The notes: generated by a model from the sequence alone, not told the origin. A DNA stretch of 64,000 nucleotides from Gemmatimonadaceae bacterium (GCA_044224875.1 JBGAJQ010000006.1:1-64000); one strand, 5' to 3'. Positions 9,790-20,326 are shown, counted from the stretch's first letter. A program made the numbers and translations.

Positions 9790-11363
9790 TCGCCGCGCGA
9801 TGATCTGCTGCGCCGGATCACACGAACAAAGGTCATGACCCGCGCGCGATGGAAGAGCCAGAGCGCCGCGCCATACGCCGCGGCTCCGACGGCGACCTTT
9901 GCGATGAGGAACGTCGCGGCGTGAGTCGACGCCGGAAGAAGCGCCCCCAATGCGAGTACGGCGGCGGCCATGATCGCTGCCGCGTTCGTGGCTGGAATGA
10001 GGGTGGCGAGGTACTCGCGCCATTGCATGCCAATGCGACGGAACGTGGTATTGGCCATTGGTACGACCACCAGCACCGGATACACGATCAGCCACGCGAA
10101 GGCGATCCCGGTGGTCCCCCATCGGGCACCGACCACGAACGCGATCGGCATCACGGCAAGCGCCAGCAGGTTGACCTGCAAGGCCTTCTGATTCGCGCCG
10201 GTGACCATCAGGACCTGCGGATACAGCGGGGCAATGGACCGGATGGCAGCAGCAACGGCGAGGATCTGTAGTGGAGCGACGGCAGCCGCCCACTTTGCAC
10301 CTAACGCCAAGGGAACGAGGTGTTGCGCGACCAGCGCTAGGCCTACAGTCAACGGGAATGCCACCAGGGCCAACGCCTCGGTCACACTCAGCAAATAGCG
10401 GCGCAGTTCCGCCGAGTCATGCTGCACGGCGGAGAGAATCGACGGGGTGACGCGACCCGCCAGCGATGTCACGCGTTCAATGGGTGCCGACGCCAGCGTC
10501 CAGCCGAAATCATAGGCACCTAACGCCTGTTGGCCCAGCATGCGACCTGCGACAAAAAAGTCCGCGTTCTGGTACAGGTACCACGACACGCGGGACGCAA
10601 TCGTTTGCTGGCTGAAGAGAATCTCCGCCTTGAGTTGCTGCCATTTGGGCCAGGTGAACGACACCCGGACCACTCGCACCATGAGCAGCGTCGAGAGGAA
10701 TGCGCCTAGCACCGAGCTCAGGACGAGGGTCCAATACCTGAGGCCCAGCAGGGCGAAGACGACCGCGCCTATCGAGGTGAGGATCGCCTGCAAACCCTCG
10801 TTGACCGCTAGCTCACGGAATCGCAGGTCACGTTGCAGGATGGCTTGGGGGACCACGCGGATGCCGGTGATCAGAAACACGGTACTCGACGCAATCACGA
10901 CCGCGGTGAGTGCCGGCGCCCGGTAGAACAGGGCCAGCAAGGGAGCCGCGATGCAGCTCACGAGAAATCCCAGACCGCCGAACAGCACCGCCAGGGTGTT
11001 GATCTGCTTGATCCCGTCGTCGGACATCTTCCGGAACGTCACCACGGTCGTGCCGATTCCGAACTCACTCAGCAACGTGACGATCCCCATGTACGACGTG
11101 GCAAACGCATACAGTCCGAAGTCGGACGGGTCGAGGACGCGGGCGACGAGAATTGTCGATCCCCAGGTGAGAAGCTGAGTGAGCCATTTGACCCCGCCCA
11201 TCCAGGCAATGCCATGCGTCAGGGAGCGGTCTAACGCCGCACGCTGACTCCGGGCACTGGCCGGGCCGTCCTGAGACCCTCGCTGCGAGGAATTCGTCTC
11301 TGAGAGGTCGGTCGAAGTGCCGGGAGTGTGTTCCAGCGTCACGTCGCGCTCCTTACGTTCCAT
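9786..11363 (-). CDS. Wzx/PST-family polysaccharide flippase
   Basis: About 12-14 TM segments, ARVLDPSDFG, LQRDLRF, NADFFVAGRMLG...LGAY. Confidence 0.9.
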   Translation of the reverse strand: MERKERDVTLEHTPGTSTDLSETNSSQRGSQDGPASARSQRAALDRSLTHGIAWMGGVKWLTQLLTWGSTILVARVLDPSDFGLYAFATSYMGIVTLLSEFGIGTTVVTFRKMSDDGIKQINTLAVLFGGLGFLVSCIAAPLLALFYRAPALTAVVIASSTVFLITGIRVVPQAILQRDLRFRELAVNEGLQAILTSIGAVVFALLGLRYWTLVLSSVLGAFLSTLLMVRVVRVSFTWPKWQQLKAEILFSQQTIASRVSWYLYQNADFFVAGRMLGQQALGAYDFGWTLASAPIERVTSLAGRVTPSILSAVQHDSAELRRYLLSVTEALALVAFPLTVGLALVAQHLVPLALGAKWAAAVAPLQILAVAAAIRSIAPLYPQVLMVTGANQKALQVNLLALAVMPIAFVVGARWGTTGIAFAWLIVYPVLVVVPMANTTFRRIGMQWREYLATLIPATNAAAIMAAAVLALGALLPASTHAATFLIAKVAVGAAAYGAALWLFHRARVMTFVRVIRRSRSSRGE

Positions 11364-11397
11364 GCCTAGCTAGATCCTCCTCGAACCTTGTGCGGTA

Positions 11398-12504
11398 ATG
11401 AAGGTACTCGTCGTCGCCGGTGCCCGGCCCAACTTCATGAAGGTAGCACCAATTCTCGCGGCGCTTGAAGCCGCGGGACATCAACGTGTGTTCGTCCACA
11501 CCGGGCAGCACTACGATGCAACAATGTCCGATGCGTTCTTCCGGGACCTCGGACTTCCCAATCCAGACCACCATCTGGGCGTAGGGTCCGGCAGTCACGC
11601 CAAACAGACGGCGCGCGTCATGGAAGCGTTTGAGCCGGTGCTGCTCGAATCGCGTCCGGACTGGGTGGTTGTGGTGGGGGACGTGAACTCGACGTTGGCC
11701 TGTGCGTTGGTGACGGCCAAGCTTCGGACGGAACACGGCTGTCGCATTGCGCACGTGGAGGCGGGGCTGCGATCCAACGATTGGGGAATGCCTGAGGAAG
11801 TCAACCGGGTGCTCACGGACCGGGTGAGCGATTTGCTGCTCACGCCTTCGCACGATGCGCTGCCTAACCTGCTGCGGGAAGGCATTGCGGCTGAGCGAGT
11901 TGTCTTTGTTGGCAATGTGATGATCGATTCGCTGCTGCGTTTGCTGGGCCAGGCGAAAGACCTTCGCGTCCCGCACCGGTTGGGTCTCGAGGGCAAGCGC
12001 TATGCCGTGGCCACCTTGCATCGTCCCTCCAATGTCGACGACGCCACACAACTTGGCGCCATCCTGCGGGCCCTGGCGGACGTGGCGGTGGAGCTGCCGG
12101 TGGTGCTCCCCTTGCATCCGCGCACCCGCGACCGGATGCGCGCGTTTGAGCTGGACGGTCACCTGGCTGGCGTGCAGCTGATGGATCCGCTCGGGTACAC
12201 CGAAATGCTGGGGCTTCAGGCGGACGCCTCGTTGGTGCTCACGGACTCCGGAGGCATGCAGGAGGAAAGTACGGTCCTTGGCGTTCCCTGCGTGACGTTG
12301 CGCGAGACGACCGAGCGTCCGGTGACGCTCACGGAAGGTACCAATCGCATGGCACCCTGGCCCCTGACGTCCGCGGGGATCGTCGCGGCGGCGCGGGCGG
12401 CCCTGGCCTCCGGCCGCGTGGCGGTTGGTGCCAAGTCGCCGGAGGGTTGGGACGGACGCGCCGGTGTTCGCATCGTAGAGGCGTTGGCGCGCGCCCAGCG
12501 TTAG
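11398..12504 (+). CDS. wecB: UDP-N-acetylglucosamine 2-epimerase (non-hydrolysing)
   Basis: GARPNFMK, HTGQHYD, VGDVNST, HVEAGLRS, MPEEVNR, TDSGGMQEE, TERP. Confidence 0.95.
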   Translation: MKVLVVAGARPNFMKVAPILAALEAAGHQRVFVHTGQHYDATMSDAFFRDLGLPNPDHHLGVGSGSHAKQTARVMEAFEPVLLESRPDWVVVVGDVNSTLACALVTAKLRTEHGCRIAHVEAGLRSNDWGMPEEVNRVLTDRVSDLLLTPSHDALPNLLREGIAAERVVFVGNVMIDSLLRLLGQAKDLRVPHRLGLEGKRYAVATLHRPSNVDDATQLGAILRALADVAVELPVVLPLHPRTRDRMRAFELDGHLAGVQLMDPLGYTEMLGLQADASLVLTDSGGMQEESTVLGVPCVTLRETTERPVTLTEGTNRMAPWPLTSAGIVAAARAALASGRVAVGAKSPEGWDGRAGVRIVEALARAQR

Positions 12505-13886
12505 GCGCTGTTCGCACCCGACGCGTTGGCAGCTGCCGATGGCCGTGTGAGCTCGTTGGCGCGCGGAAATGTTACGCGAAGGCACGCGCCGCCCAGTGCG
12601 CTTGGCAGGGCCTCGATGCGCCCTCCGTGCGCCTCGGCGATCGATCGGGCGATCGAGAGCCCGAGGCCACTGCCGTCCGGTGACTGCAGTCGCGCCTCGC
12701 GGCCCCGCACGAAGCGCCCGAACACGTGCTCGCGATCCTGCTCCGGTATGCCGATGCCATCGTCCTCCGTCGTCAGCACCGCGTAGTTGCCTTCGCACGT
12801 CACCGACACGACGATCCGGCCGCCAGACCGTGTGTATCTGATCGCGTTGTCGAGCAGAATGGCCACCAGCCGGTCGATGCGTTGCGCGTCCAACATGGCA
12901 CGGCACTCGAGCAGGGTCCCAATCTCGAGTGTCCGTCCCTGACGACGCGCCACTTCAAACCACGGTCGGAGCGCGTCCGTGACGACGTCATCGAGGAACG
13001 CCGGAGATGGCTCGGCTTCCGGCTCACCGGCGTCGGCCCGCGCCAGTTGCAGCAGTTCGTCCACCAGCACGGTAACCCGCGTCAGGTCCATCTGCGTCCG
13101 CCGAAGCACGGCCTGGGCCGTGGACGCGTCAACTTCGTCGAGCAGACCCACCTCAACGTCGCCCCGCATGCGCGCGATCGGTGTGCGCAGTTCGTGTGCG
13201 GCATCGGCCAGAAACCGGCGCTGTTGGGCGAGGGCGCCATCCAGGCGGTCCAGCAGCGCGTTGAAGCGCACGCCAAGACGACCCAACTCGTCGGATGGAT
13301 TGGCGATTGGGAGTCGGCCCGAGGTCCCCGGTTGAATGCCTTCCGCGGCATCGGCCATTCGGCCGATCGGCTGCAGCGTTCGCCCCGTGATCAGCCACCC
13401 GACGAGTGCCGCCAACGCGACGACCGCGGGGAGGCCGATCAACGTGGCGATATCAATCTGCCTGTTCAACCTGGCGACTTGGTCGGCACTGGCGCGCACA
13501 CGGAGCCGCCAATTCGGCGCCAGCTTCGGCTCCAACGGATAATGGAACTCCGCGATCGGGCGAACGAGGACCGGTGGGTTGCGCTTGATGGGGTAGGGAA
13601 AGGTCGTGCCGTCAGGCTGGACGAAGGCGACATCGATGCCGACGAAGACCAGTTCGCCGGATATGTGAGCCAAGGTGGCATCGACTTGGCGGTACTCGGA
13701 GAGTTCAGCCCGGAAGAAGCCTTGCATCAGGGTCACGGCCCCATCCACGGATCGCTCGAACTCGACGCGGACGGCGCGGCGGAAAGTCGCTCGCCCGATG
13801 AACAGCGTGGCGAGAAGTACGACGAGGATGGAACCGGCGTAGAGCCCGGTGAGGCGCCGTCGGATCCGGTTGTTGACCTGCCTCAC
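12501..13886 (-). CDS. Two-component sensor histidine kinase (2 TM, HAMP, HisKA, HATPase)
   Basis: DELGRL HAMP, H-box DAAHELRTP, LLDNAIRY, DDGIGI, GSGLGLSI; GTG start overlaps the regulator stop. Confidence 0.92.
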   Translation of the reverse strand: MRQVNNRIRRRLTGLYAGSILVVLLATLFIGRATFRRAVRVEFERSVDGAVTLMQGFFRAELSEYRQVDATLAHISGELVFVGIDVAFVQPDGTTFPYPIKRNPPVLVRPIAEFHYPLEPKLAPNWRLRVRASADQVARLNRQIDIATLIGLPAVVALAALVGWLITGRTLQPIGRMADAAEGIQPGTSGRLPIANPSDELGRLGVRFNALLDRLDGALAQQRRFLADAAHELRTPIARMRGDVEVGLLDEVDASTAQAVLRRTQMDLTRVTVLVDELLQLARADAGEPEAEPSPAFLDDVVTDALRPWFEVARRQGRTLEIGTLLECRAMLDAQRIDRLVAILLDNAIRYTRSGGRIVVSVTCEGNYAVLTTEDDGIGIPEQDREHVFGRFVRGREARLQSPDGSGLGLSIARSIAEAHGGRIEALPSALGGACLRVTFPRANELTRPSAAANASGANSA

Positions 13887-14578
13887 GCGCGCTTTCTTTG
13901 GACGGCAGCACCCAGGCGGTATCCGGCGCCACGGACGGTCGCGATCAGCGGCACTTCGTCCGGATGGTCGATCTTGCGTCGCAACCTCGCCAAGTAGACG
14001 TCGATCACGTTGCTCGCCGGATCGTAGCTGTCGTCCCACGCGTGAGCGCTCAGTCGCTCCCGCGTGACCACTTCTCCCGGGTGCCGCATGAGGTACTCGA
14101 GCACCGCAAATTCCTTGGTCGTCAGCTCAATCGTCCGGTCGCCGCGCCGGGCCAGGCGCGTGCCGGTGTCGAGCGCCAGGTCGGCGAGTTCGAGGGTCAC
14201 GGGGATCACGGCCGCTGGTCGGCGCAAGAGGGCGCGAAGGCGAGCGACCAACTCACCCAGGGCGTACGGCTTGACCAGGTAGTCATCGGCACCGAGGTCG
14301 AGACCGGCAATCCGGTCTTCGACGGCATCACGCGCCGTGGCCATGAGAATGCGGGTCGGCTTCTGAGAGGCGCGAAGCCGACGGCACACCTCCAACCCGT
14401 CGATGCCTCCACCAGCGAGCAAGACGTCGATGATCGCGACGTCGTAATCGTTCACAGCCGACAGTTGCAACGCTTGCTCGCCCGTGAGCGCAAGGTCCAC
14501 GGCCATCCCCGAGCGCCGCAAGTACGTCACGGCACTATCGGCCAGGCGCTGGTCGTCTTCCAGGAGAAGAATGCGCAT
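13883..14578 (-). CDS. OmpR/PhoB-family response regulator
   Basis: MRILLLEDD, IIDVLL, GLDLGADDYLVKP, LTTKEF, NVIDVYLARLRRK, TVRGAGY. Confidence 0.93.
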   Translation of the reverse strand: MRILLLEDDQRLADSAVTYLRRSGMAVDLALTGEQALQLSAVNDYDVAIIDVLLAGGGIDGLEVCRRLRASQKPTRILMATARDAVEDRIAGLDLGADDYLVKPYALGELVARLRALLRRPAAVIPVTLELADLALDTGTRLARRGDRTIELTTKEFAVLEYLMRHPGEVVTRERLSAHAWDDSYDPASNVIDVYLARLRRKIDHPDEVPLIATVRGAGYRLGAAVQRKRA

Positions 14579-14633
14579 GCCAGAAACATATGGCCCGCGT
14601 CCCTCGAAGTGGGGACCCCGGGACCCCCACCGT

Positions 14634-16505
14634 TCAAAATACGTCGAGGGCGAGTTCGACCTTTCCAAATGGCGCCGAGACCTGTGCGCCCTGTACTGTG
14701 CCGCGTACGGCCGCCAGCATCTCCCTGGCGATCGCGATCCCTTCCGCAACGGCGTGCTCCTTGGATCGCTCATTCGCCTGTCGCATCCGAGCAATGACGC
14801 GCTCGGGTACAACCACCCCCGGCACCTCGTTGGCGAGAAATTCGGCGTTCCGGACGGAGACCAGTGGCCAGATGCCGGCCACGAGCGGGATCCGCGTAAC
14901 GGGCAACCGTTCGATGAATTGCTCGAGCTGCTGTACATCGAACACCGGCTGGGTGATGGCGAACTCCGCGCCGGCCTCCATCTTGAACTGAAATCGTCGC
15001 AGCTCCAATTCCAGGTCGATAGCCGCCGGGTTCACGCCGACGCCGATGACGTACGAGGTCGGTCGGCCGATCGCATTCCCTCCCGGGTCCAGCCCGCGAT
15101 TCAACCCGTGGACGAGGTTCGTCAGGCCGATCGAGTCGATGTCGAAGACGGCCGTGGCATCGGGATACGGCCCCATCTTCGGCGGATCGCCCGTGACCAG
15201 CAGGATATTGCGCAGACCCATGGCCGCCGCACCTAACAAGTCGCTTAGCATGCCCAGGAGGTTGCGGTCGCGACACGCGTAGTGACAGACGGTTTCGATT
15301 CCCACCTGTTGCTCGATCAACAGGCTCGTCATCATGGCACCCATGCGGCTCTGCGCTCGTGGTCCGTCGGGTACATTCACGGCGTCCACCCCGCGCGCCT
15401 TGAGCGACGCGACGTCAGCGAGCATTCGCGTGGCGTCTACCCCCCGCGGTGGAACGATCTCCACCGACGTGACGAAGTGTCCAGCCGCCAGCTTCGATGC
15501 CCATGCCGATCGTTCGCTGAACGGGACCTCGTCGACGCCCTTGGCGCGGTGGTCGGCGGCCGTCGATATCGCCGGCACAGCGGTCGGTGTAGCGATCGAG
15601 GTCCCGCGGTGCCGCAAACGCGGGACCAGCGGTCGAATGCCCTCGACCATGGCTTTGGTGTGCTCGGGGGTCGTACCGCAACACCCCCCGACGATCTTGG
15701 CACCAGCCTGCACCAGATGGCGCGCGTACGTCGCCATGTACTCCGGGCTCGCCATGTACATGCTGCGCCCACCGACATCGCGAGGCATGCCGGCGTTAGG
15801 TTGCGCGCTCAGCTTGCGCGTTGTCACGGCGGACATCTTCTCGATGGCTTCGAGGATCGTCTGCGGTCCAACCGAGCAATTCAACCCGATGACGTCGGCG
15901 CCAGCGGCCTCCAGCTCGCGCGCCACGTCTTCCGGTGTGGCACCAAATGGCGTGAGGCCATCCACTCCGATCGTCATCTGGGCGACGACGGGCATGTCGC
16001 GGTCGACGCTTCGCGCCGCGGCAATCGCTTCGGACATCTCGTCCAGGTCGCCAATCGTCTCGATGACGAAACAGTCGGCCCCCCCAGCCTTGAGCGCCGC
16101 CATCTGCTCGGCGAAGGCGGCGCGGGCCTCAGCGCGAGACGTCGGGCCGAATGGCTCCAACCGCACGCCGAGTGGACCTACGGCACCAGCGACGATCAGT
16201 TGCTCGCCGGCGACGTCACGAGCGATCGCCGCCGCGGCGCGATTGATTTCGCCAACCTGCGACTCCAGGCCGTACTGCGCCAGCTTCAACCGATTGGCCC
16301 CAAAGGAATTCGTCTCCAATGCCTCGGCGCCGGCGGCTCGGTATGCCGCATGGACATCGCGCACCAGGTCAGGCGCTCGCAGATTCAACTCGTCATAACA
16401 CTGGTTGATGAAGACGCCCTTCTGGTACAGCATCGTGCCCATCGCGCCGTCGAACAGGATCACGGCGTCCGGGTCCAGCAGGCGCGCAGCGCGTGGGTTG
16501 GTCAT
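14634..16505 (-). CDS. yitJ: Bifunctional homocysteine S-methyltransferase / 5,10-methylenetetrahydrofolate reductase (YitJ type)
   Basis: N-terminal DGAMGT, GLNCSVGP, PNAG, GGCCGTTP; C-terminal MTHFR-like VEIVPP, CRDRN, LVTGDPP, AITQPVFD. Confidence 0.92.
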   Translation of the reverse strand: MTNPRAARLLDPDAVILFDGAMGTMLYQKGVFINQCYDELNLRAPDLVRDVHAAYRAAGAEALETNSFGANRLKLAQYGLESQVGEINRAAAAIARDVAGEQLIVAGAVGPLGVRLEPFGPTSRAEARAAFAEQMAALKAGGADCFVIETIGDLDEMSEAIAAARSVDRDMPVVAQMTIGVDGLTPFGATPEDVARELEAAGADVIGLNCSVGPQTILEAIEKMSAVTTRKLSAQPNAGMPRDVGGRSMYMASPEYMATYARHLVQAGAKIVGGCCGTTPEHTKAMVEGIRPLVPRLRHRGTSIATPTAVPAISTAADHRAKGVDEVPFSERSAWASKLAAGHFVTSVEIVPPRGVDATRMLADVASLKARGVDAVNVPDGPRAQSRMGAMMTSLLIEQQVGIETVCHYACRDRNLLGMLSDLLGAAAMGLRNILLVTGDPPKMGPYPDATAVFDIDSIGLTNLVHGLNRGLDPGGNAIGRPTSYVIGVGVNPAAIDLELELRRFQFKMEAGAEFAITQPVFDVQQLEQFIERLPVTRIPLVAGIWPLVSVRNAEFLANEVPGVVVPERVIARMRQANERSKEHAVAEGIAIAREMLAAVRGTVQGAQVSAPFGKVELALDVF

Positions 16506-19500
16506 TGGGGCGTAACTCCGTCACCGTCCGCACCCCCGCGAACCACGTAATAGCGGGCCGCCGGGTGGTGCACGACAATGGCCGCTGTACTCTGCTCAGG
16601 GACAAGCTGGCACGCCTCCGTGAGTTCCATGCCTAACGCGTCTGTGGCAGGCAGGAGCCGGAAGAGGGCGCGATGGTCGTCGAGATCCGGGCAGGCCCCA
16701 TAGCCCCACGAGTAGCGTTTGCCGCGTGTTTCGGCCAGACCCAACTCGCGCCGGATGCGCCGATGCATGTACTCGGCGGTCGCTTCGGCCGCTTCGACCG
16801 AAAGTCCGTGTACGAAGTAGGCCTCGGTGTATTCGCCATTCGCCTGGAGCTGCGCAAAGCGCTCCGACGCCCGTGACCCAACCGTGACGACCTGGAATGC
16901 CGCCACGTCCACCTCGCCGGAGTTGACGCCCCGGAAGTAGTCCGCCAGGCACAACCGATCCCGTCCCTCCTGTCGTGGGAAATGGAACCGCGCCAACTCG
17001 CGCAGTGCGCCCCCGTCACTCTCATAGGCCGCGGGATCGTAGACGATCAGGTCATTCCCCAGCGACTGCACGGGGAAGTACCCGTAGACCGCCTGTGGCG
17101 CAATCCAACCATCGGCCAACGCCGATGCGGACAAACGCGCTCGCGTCGGCTCGAACAGGTCGCGCACGGATGCCTCGTACGCTGGCCCGGAGCCACGACC
17201 ACCCCACTGGAGTCGATACAGTTCATCCAGATCCAGGAGTTGGAGCACGTCAGCCAGGGGCAGGTCGCGCACCACGCGCGTACCGAAGAAGGGCGGCGTG
17301 GGGACGGGATGGTCCGTACTCACGTCACTCCGCGTGCCGCCCTCCAGACCGCCTAACGTGTCCTTGCCAACGTTAGCGTGGAGGAACACATCCCGGTGCG
17401 CCTCTTCGAGCACGCTGGACACCATGTGGTCGCGCCGGTCCCCATCCATGAGGCCGTCCATCGTGGCCAGCCCTTCAAAGGCATCCTTGCAATAGAAAAC
17501 GCCGGCTGAGTACGCCCGCTCGCCCTCAACGAACAACGCCCGCCGGCCAAACCGACGGTTGATCGCCGCGCCACCGATCAGCACCGGAATTCGCAGATTG
17601 CGTCGATCCAACTCTTGTACGCACAGTGGCATCTGCTTGGAGGTGCTAACCAGCAGCGCCGACAGCCCGATGGCATCGGCACCAACCTCCACCGCCTTGT
17701 CGAGGATCGTGTTGACCGGCACCTGTTTTCCCAGATCAAAGACGGTGTACCCGTTGTTCGAGAGGATCGTGTTGACCAGCGACTTGCCGATGTCGTGCAC
17801 GTCGCCGTAGACCGTCGCCAGCACCACCTTGCCCTTGGTATAACCTTCGGCGCGCTCGAGATACTGTTCGAGGTGCTTGACCGCGCGCTTCATGACCTCC
17901 GCCGACTGCAACACGAACGGAAGGATCAGTTCGCCCGCGCCGAACTTATCGCCAACATCCTTCATCGCCGGCAACAAAACGTCGTTCAGCACCCGCACCG
18001 GCGACGTACGTACGCCCGCCGCATCCAATGCCCCTTCGATGCCTTCCTTCTGACGGTGCACCACCATCCAGTGCACGCGCTGGTCGGGCGACATGCCAGC
18101 GGTCGGGTCGATCTTGGCGTCAACCGATGCGGCCGCCGCGTCGGACTGGTCGAACGCCGCGATGAAGCGCTGCAGCGCCTCTGGGTTCCGGTGAAACACC
18201 AAGTCGTCCGCGAGGCCGCGCGTGGCCTCCGACAACTCGGCGTACGGCGTGATGTGCGCCGGATTCACAATGGCGGCGTCCAGTCCCGCTTGAACGCAGT
18301 GGTGCAGAAAGACGGAGTTGAGCGCGGCCCGCGCCTGTGGCGAGAGCCCAAAGCTGACGTTGGATACGCCAAGGATCGTGAGAACCCCTGGGAGTTCGCG
18401 CTTGATTGCGCGAATGCCCTCGATGGTCTCTCGGGCCGACTCGACCCACTCCGCGTCGCCAGTCGCCAGGGTAAACGTGAGGGCGTCGAAGATCAGGTCG
18501 GCAGGCCGCATGCCGTACTCGCCAACGACCAGGTCGTGGATCTTGCGCGCGACCTCCAGCTTGCGGGCCGCTGTGCGCGCCATGCCCACGTCATCGATCG
18601 TCAGTGCCACCAGGGCCGCGCCATGCCGCTTGGCCAATGGCACCACGGCGTCGATGCGCGCACGGCCGTTCTCCATGTTGATCGAGTTGATGATGGCACG
18701 GCCGGGCACGTGCTCGAGGGCGGCCGCAATCACGTTCGCCTCGGTGGAGTCGATCATCAGCGGAGTGTCGACGCTCATCGACAGCAGCTTCACCACGGTC
18801 GACATCTGGTGAGCTTCATCGGCTCGTTCGGTGAGCGCGACACACACGTCCAGGACGTGGGCCCCCGATTCGGCCTGCTCACGAGCGACGTTCAGGATAC
18901 CTTCGTAGTCGTCCGCCAGTAGGAGGCGCTTGACCTTGCGGGACCCCTGCGAGTTGACGCGTTCGCCAACGAGCAGTGGGGGTGGGTCTTGGTGCAGGGT
19001 GATGGCCCGCATGGCCGACGAGACGCGCGGAACTCGATGCGGAGGTGGTCGGTGCACATCGGGCGATGTTTCGCGCCGGTCCGCAACCGAAGGATGGTGC
19101 GAGTGGCCCTCGACCGCGCTATCGTTGTTTTTGGGGGGGGCCCCCCGCACCTCGGCGACGATCGCTGCCAGGTGCTCCGGTCGCGTTCCGCAACACCCTC
19201 CCACAATACGCACGCCAAACTCGCGTACGAATTCGCCGAGCATCGCCGCCATCGGCGCCGGCTCCAGCGGGTACACCGCCTCGCCAACACCCGTATTGAT
19301 CGGCAGGCCAGCATTGGGAATCACCGACAGCGGCAACGCCGAATGCTCGGCGAGGTATCGGACCGGCTCCCGCATGTGCTCGGGTCCAGTGGAACAGTTC
19401 AACCCGATCACGTCCACCGGCAGCGCTTCGAGCGTCGTCATGGCGCTCGCCACGTCCGTGCCTAACAACATGCGTCCGCTGGTATCCAGGGTGACCTGTG

Positions 19501-20083
19501 CCTGCACCGGTACCCGATAACCCAGCTCCTGAAAGAGACGCTCGAACCCCGAAATCGCCGCCTTGACCTCGAGAATGTCCTGCGCGGTTTCTACCAGAAG
19601 GACATCGACGCCCCCCTCGACCAGCGCCTTGGCTTGTGTGTAGTAGTCGACCGACAGCTCCTCGTACGTCACGTTGGACAACGCCGGATCGCTACTGGAC
19701 GGCAGCATGCCGGTCGGGCCAATGGAGCCGGCCACGAAGCGCGGTCGTTCGGGTGTGGCAAAGCTGTCGGCGGCGGCTCGCGCCAGGCGGGCCGCCTCCA
19801 CGTTGATGGCGTGCACCTTGTCCAGCAGACCCCACTCGGCGAGTCGACGCGGCGTCGACTGAAAGGTGCACGTCTCCACGACGTCGCAGCCGACGGCCAG
19901 GAACGAGTCGTGGACAGAGCGAACGACGTCAGGGCGCGTTAATACGAGGTAGTCGTTGCAGCCCTCGTAAGCCGCGCCGCCGAAATCCTCGGCCGTCAGC
20001 CCAAACCGCTGCAGGCTCGTCCCCATCGCGCCGTCGTAGATCAACACGCCGCGGGAGAGTGCTTCCAGGTACGCCGATCGCAC
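16502..20083 (-). CDS. metH: Cobalamin-dependent methionine synthase
   Basis: DGAMGT, GLNCSTGP, GGCCGT, pterin domain GERVNSQGSRK, B12 motif DVHDIGK..LSNNGY, activation domain YSWGYGACPDL, PEQSTAA; exact start uncertain (20083-20146). Confidence 0.95.
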   Translation of the reverse strand: MRSAYLEALSRGVLIYDGAMGTSLQRFGLTAEDFGGAAYEGCNDYLVLTRPDVVRSVHDSFLAVGCDVVETCTFQSTPRRLAEWGLLDKVHAINVEAARLARAAADSFATPERPRFVAGSIGPTGMLPSSSDPALSNVTYEELSVDYYTQAKALVEGGVDVLLVETAQDILEVKAAISGFERLFQELGYRVPVQAQVTLDTSGRMLLGTDVASAMTTLEALPVDVIGLNCSTGPEHMREPVRYLAEHSALPLSVIPNAGLPINTGVGEAVYPLEPAPMAAMLGEFVREFGVRIVGGCCGTRPEHLAAIVAEVRGAPPKNNDSAVEGHSHHPSVADRRETSPDVHRPPPHRVPRVSSAMRAITLHQDPPPLLVGERVNSQGSRKVKRLLLADDYEGILNVAREQAESGAHVLDVCVALTERADEAHQMSTVVKLLSMSVDTPLMIDSTEANVIAAALEHVPGRAIINSINMENGRARIDAVVPLAKRHGAALVALTIDDVGMARTAARKLEVARKIHDLVVGEYGMRPADLIFDALTFTLATGDAEWVESARETIEGIRAIKRELPGVLTILGVSNVSFGLSPQARAALNSVFLHHCVQAGLDAAIVNPAHITPYAELSEATRGLADDLVFHRNPEALQRFIAAFDQSDAAAASVDAKIDPTAGMSPDQRVHWMVVHRQKEGIEGALDAAGVRTSPVRVLNDVLLPAMKDVGDKFGAGELILPFVLQSAEVMKRAVKHLEQYLERAEGYTKGKVVLATVYGDVHDIGKSLVNTILSNNGYTVFDLGKQVPVNTILDKAVEVGADAIGLSALLVSTSKQMPLCVQELDRRNLRIPVLIGGAAINRRFGRRALFVEGERAYSAGVFYCKDAFEGLATMDGLMDGDRRDHMVSSVLEEAHRDVFLHANVGKDTLGGLEGGTRSDVSTDHPVPTPPFFGTRVVRDLPLADVLQLLDLDELYRLQWGGRGSGPAYEASVRDLFEPTRARLSASALADGWIAPQAVYGYFPVQSLGNDLIVYDPAAYESDGGALRELARFHFPRQEGRDRLCLADYFRGVNSGEVDVAAFQVVTVGSRASERFAQLQANGEYTEAYFVHGLSVEAAEATAEYMHRRIRRELGLAETRGKRYSWGYGACPDLDDHRALFRLLPATDALGMELTEACQLVPEQSTAAIVVHHPAARYYVVRGGADGDGVTPQ

Positions 20084-20124
20084 TGGCAGGTCCAGGTTCC
20101 TTCCGTGTGTCGTCACAGTGACAG

Positions 20125-20161
20125 AAACAAAAACGGCCCGGGGCAAACGCGCCCAGAGCCG
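20125..20161 (-). terminator. Intrinsic terminator in the metH leader (riboswitch expression platform)
   Basis: Minus strand CGGCUCUGGGC-GCGUUU-GCCCCGGGCCG followed by UUUUUGUUU. Confidence 0.65.
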
Positions 20162-20213
20162 GCGCTTTAGCGGAATGTTTTACGTGGCCGCAAGTTGCCC
20201 GAAATCGCCACGA
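20161..20213 (-). promoter_or_regulatory. SAM-II (SAM_alpha) riboswitch aptamer
   Basis: Minus strand CGUGGC-GAUUU-cgggcaac-UUGCG-GCCACG-UAAAAC-auucc-GCUAAA matches the SAM-II consensus (P1 CGUGGC/GCCACG, GAUUU, UUGC, GCUAAA); directly upstream of metH. Confidence 0.85.
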
Positions 20214-20326
20214 TCAATTGTCGACGGACTGGAGTTCTCCGGTCGCCCTGAGACGACGCCTATCAACCGGGCGCCGTCACCCACGGATCATAAGCGACGG
20301 GCAACGGATTGCAAAGCACCCCGCAC

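Noticed and set aside
19128..19146. T5-G8-C6 homopolymer run in metH as a possible phase-variation site or frameshift
   Set aside because: Reading frame is continuous through an inter-domain linker; no disruption is visible
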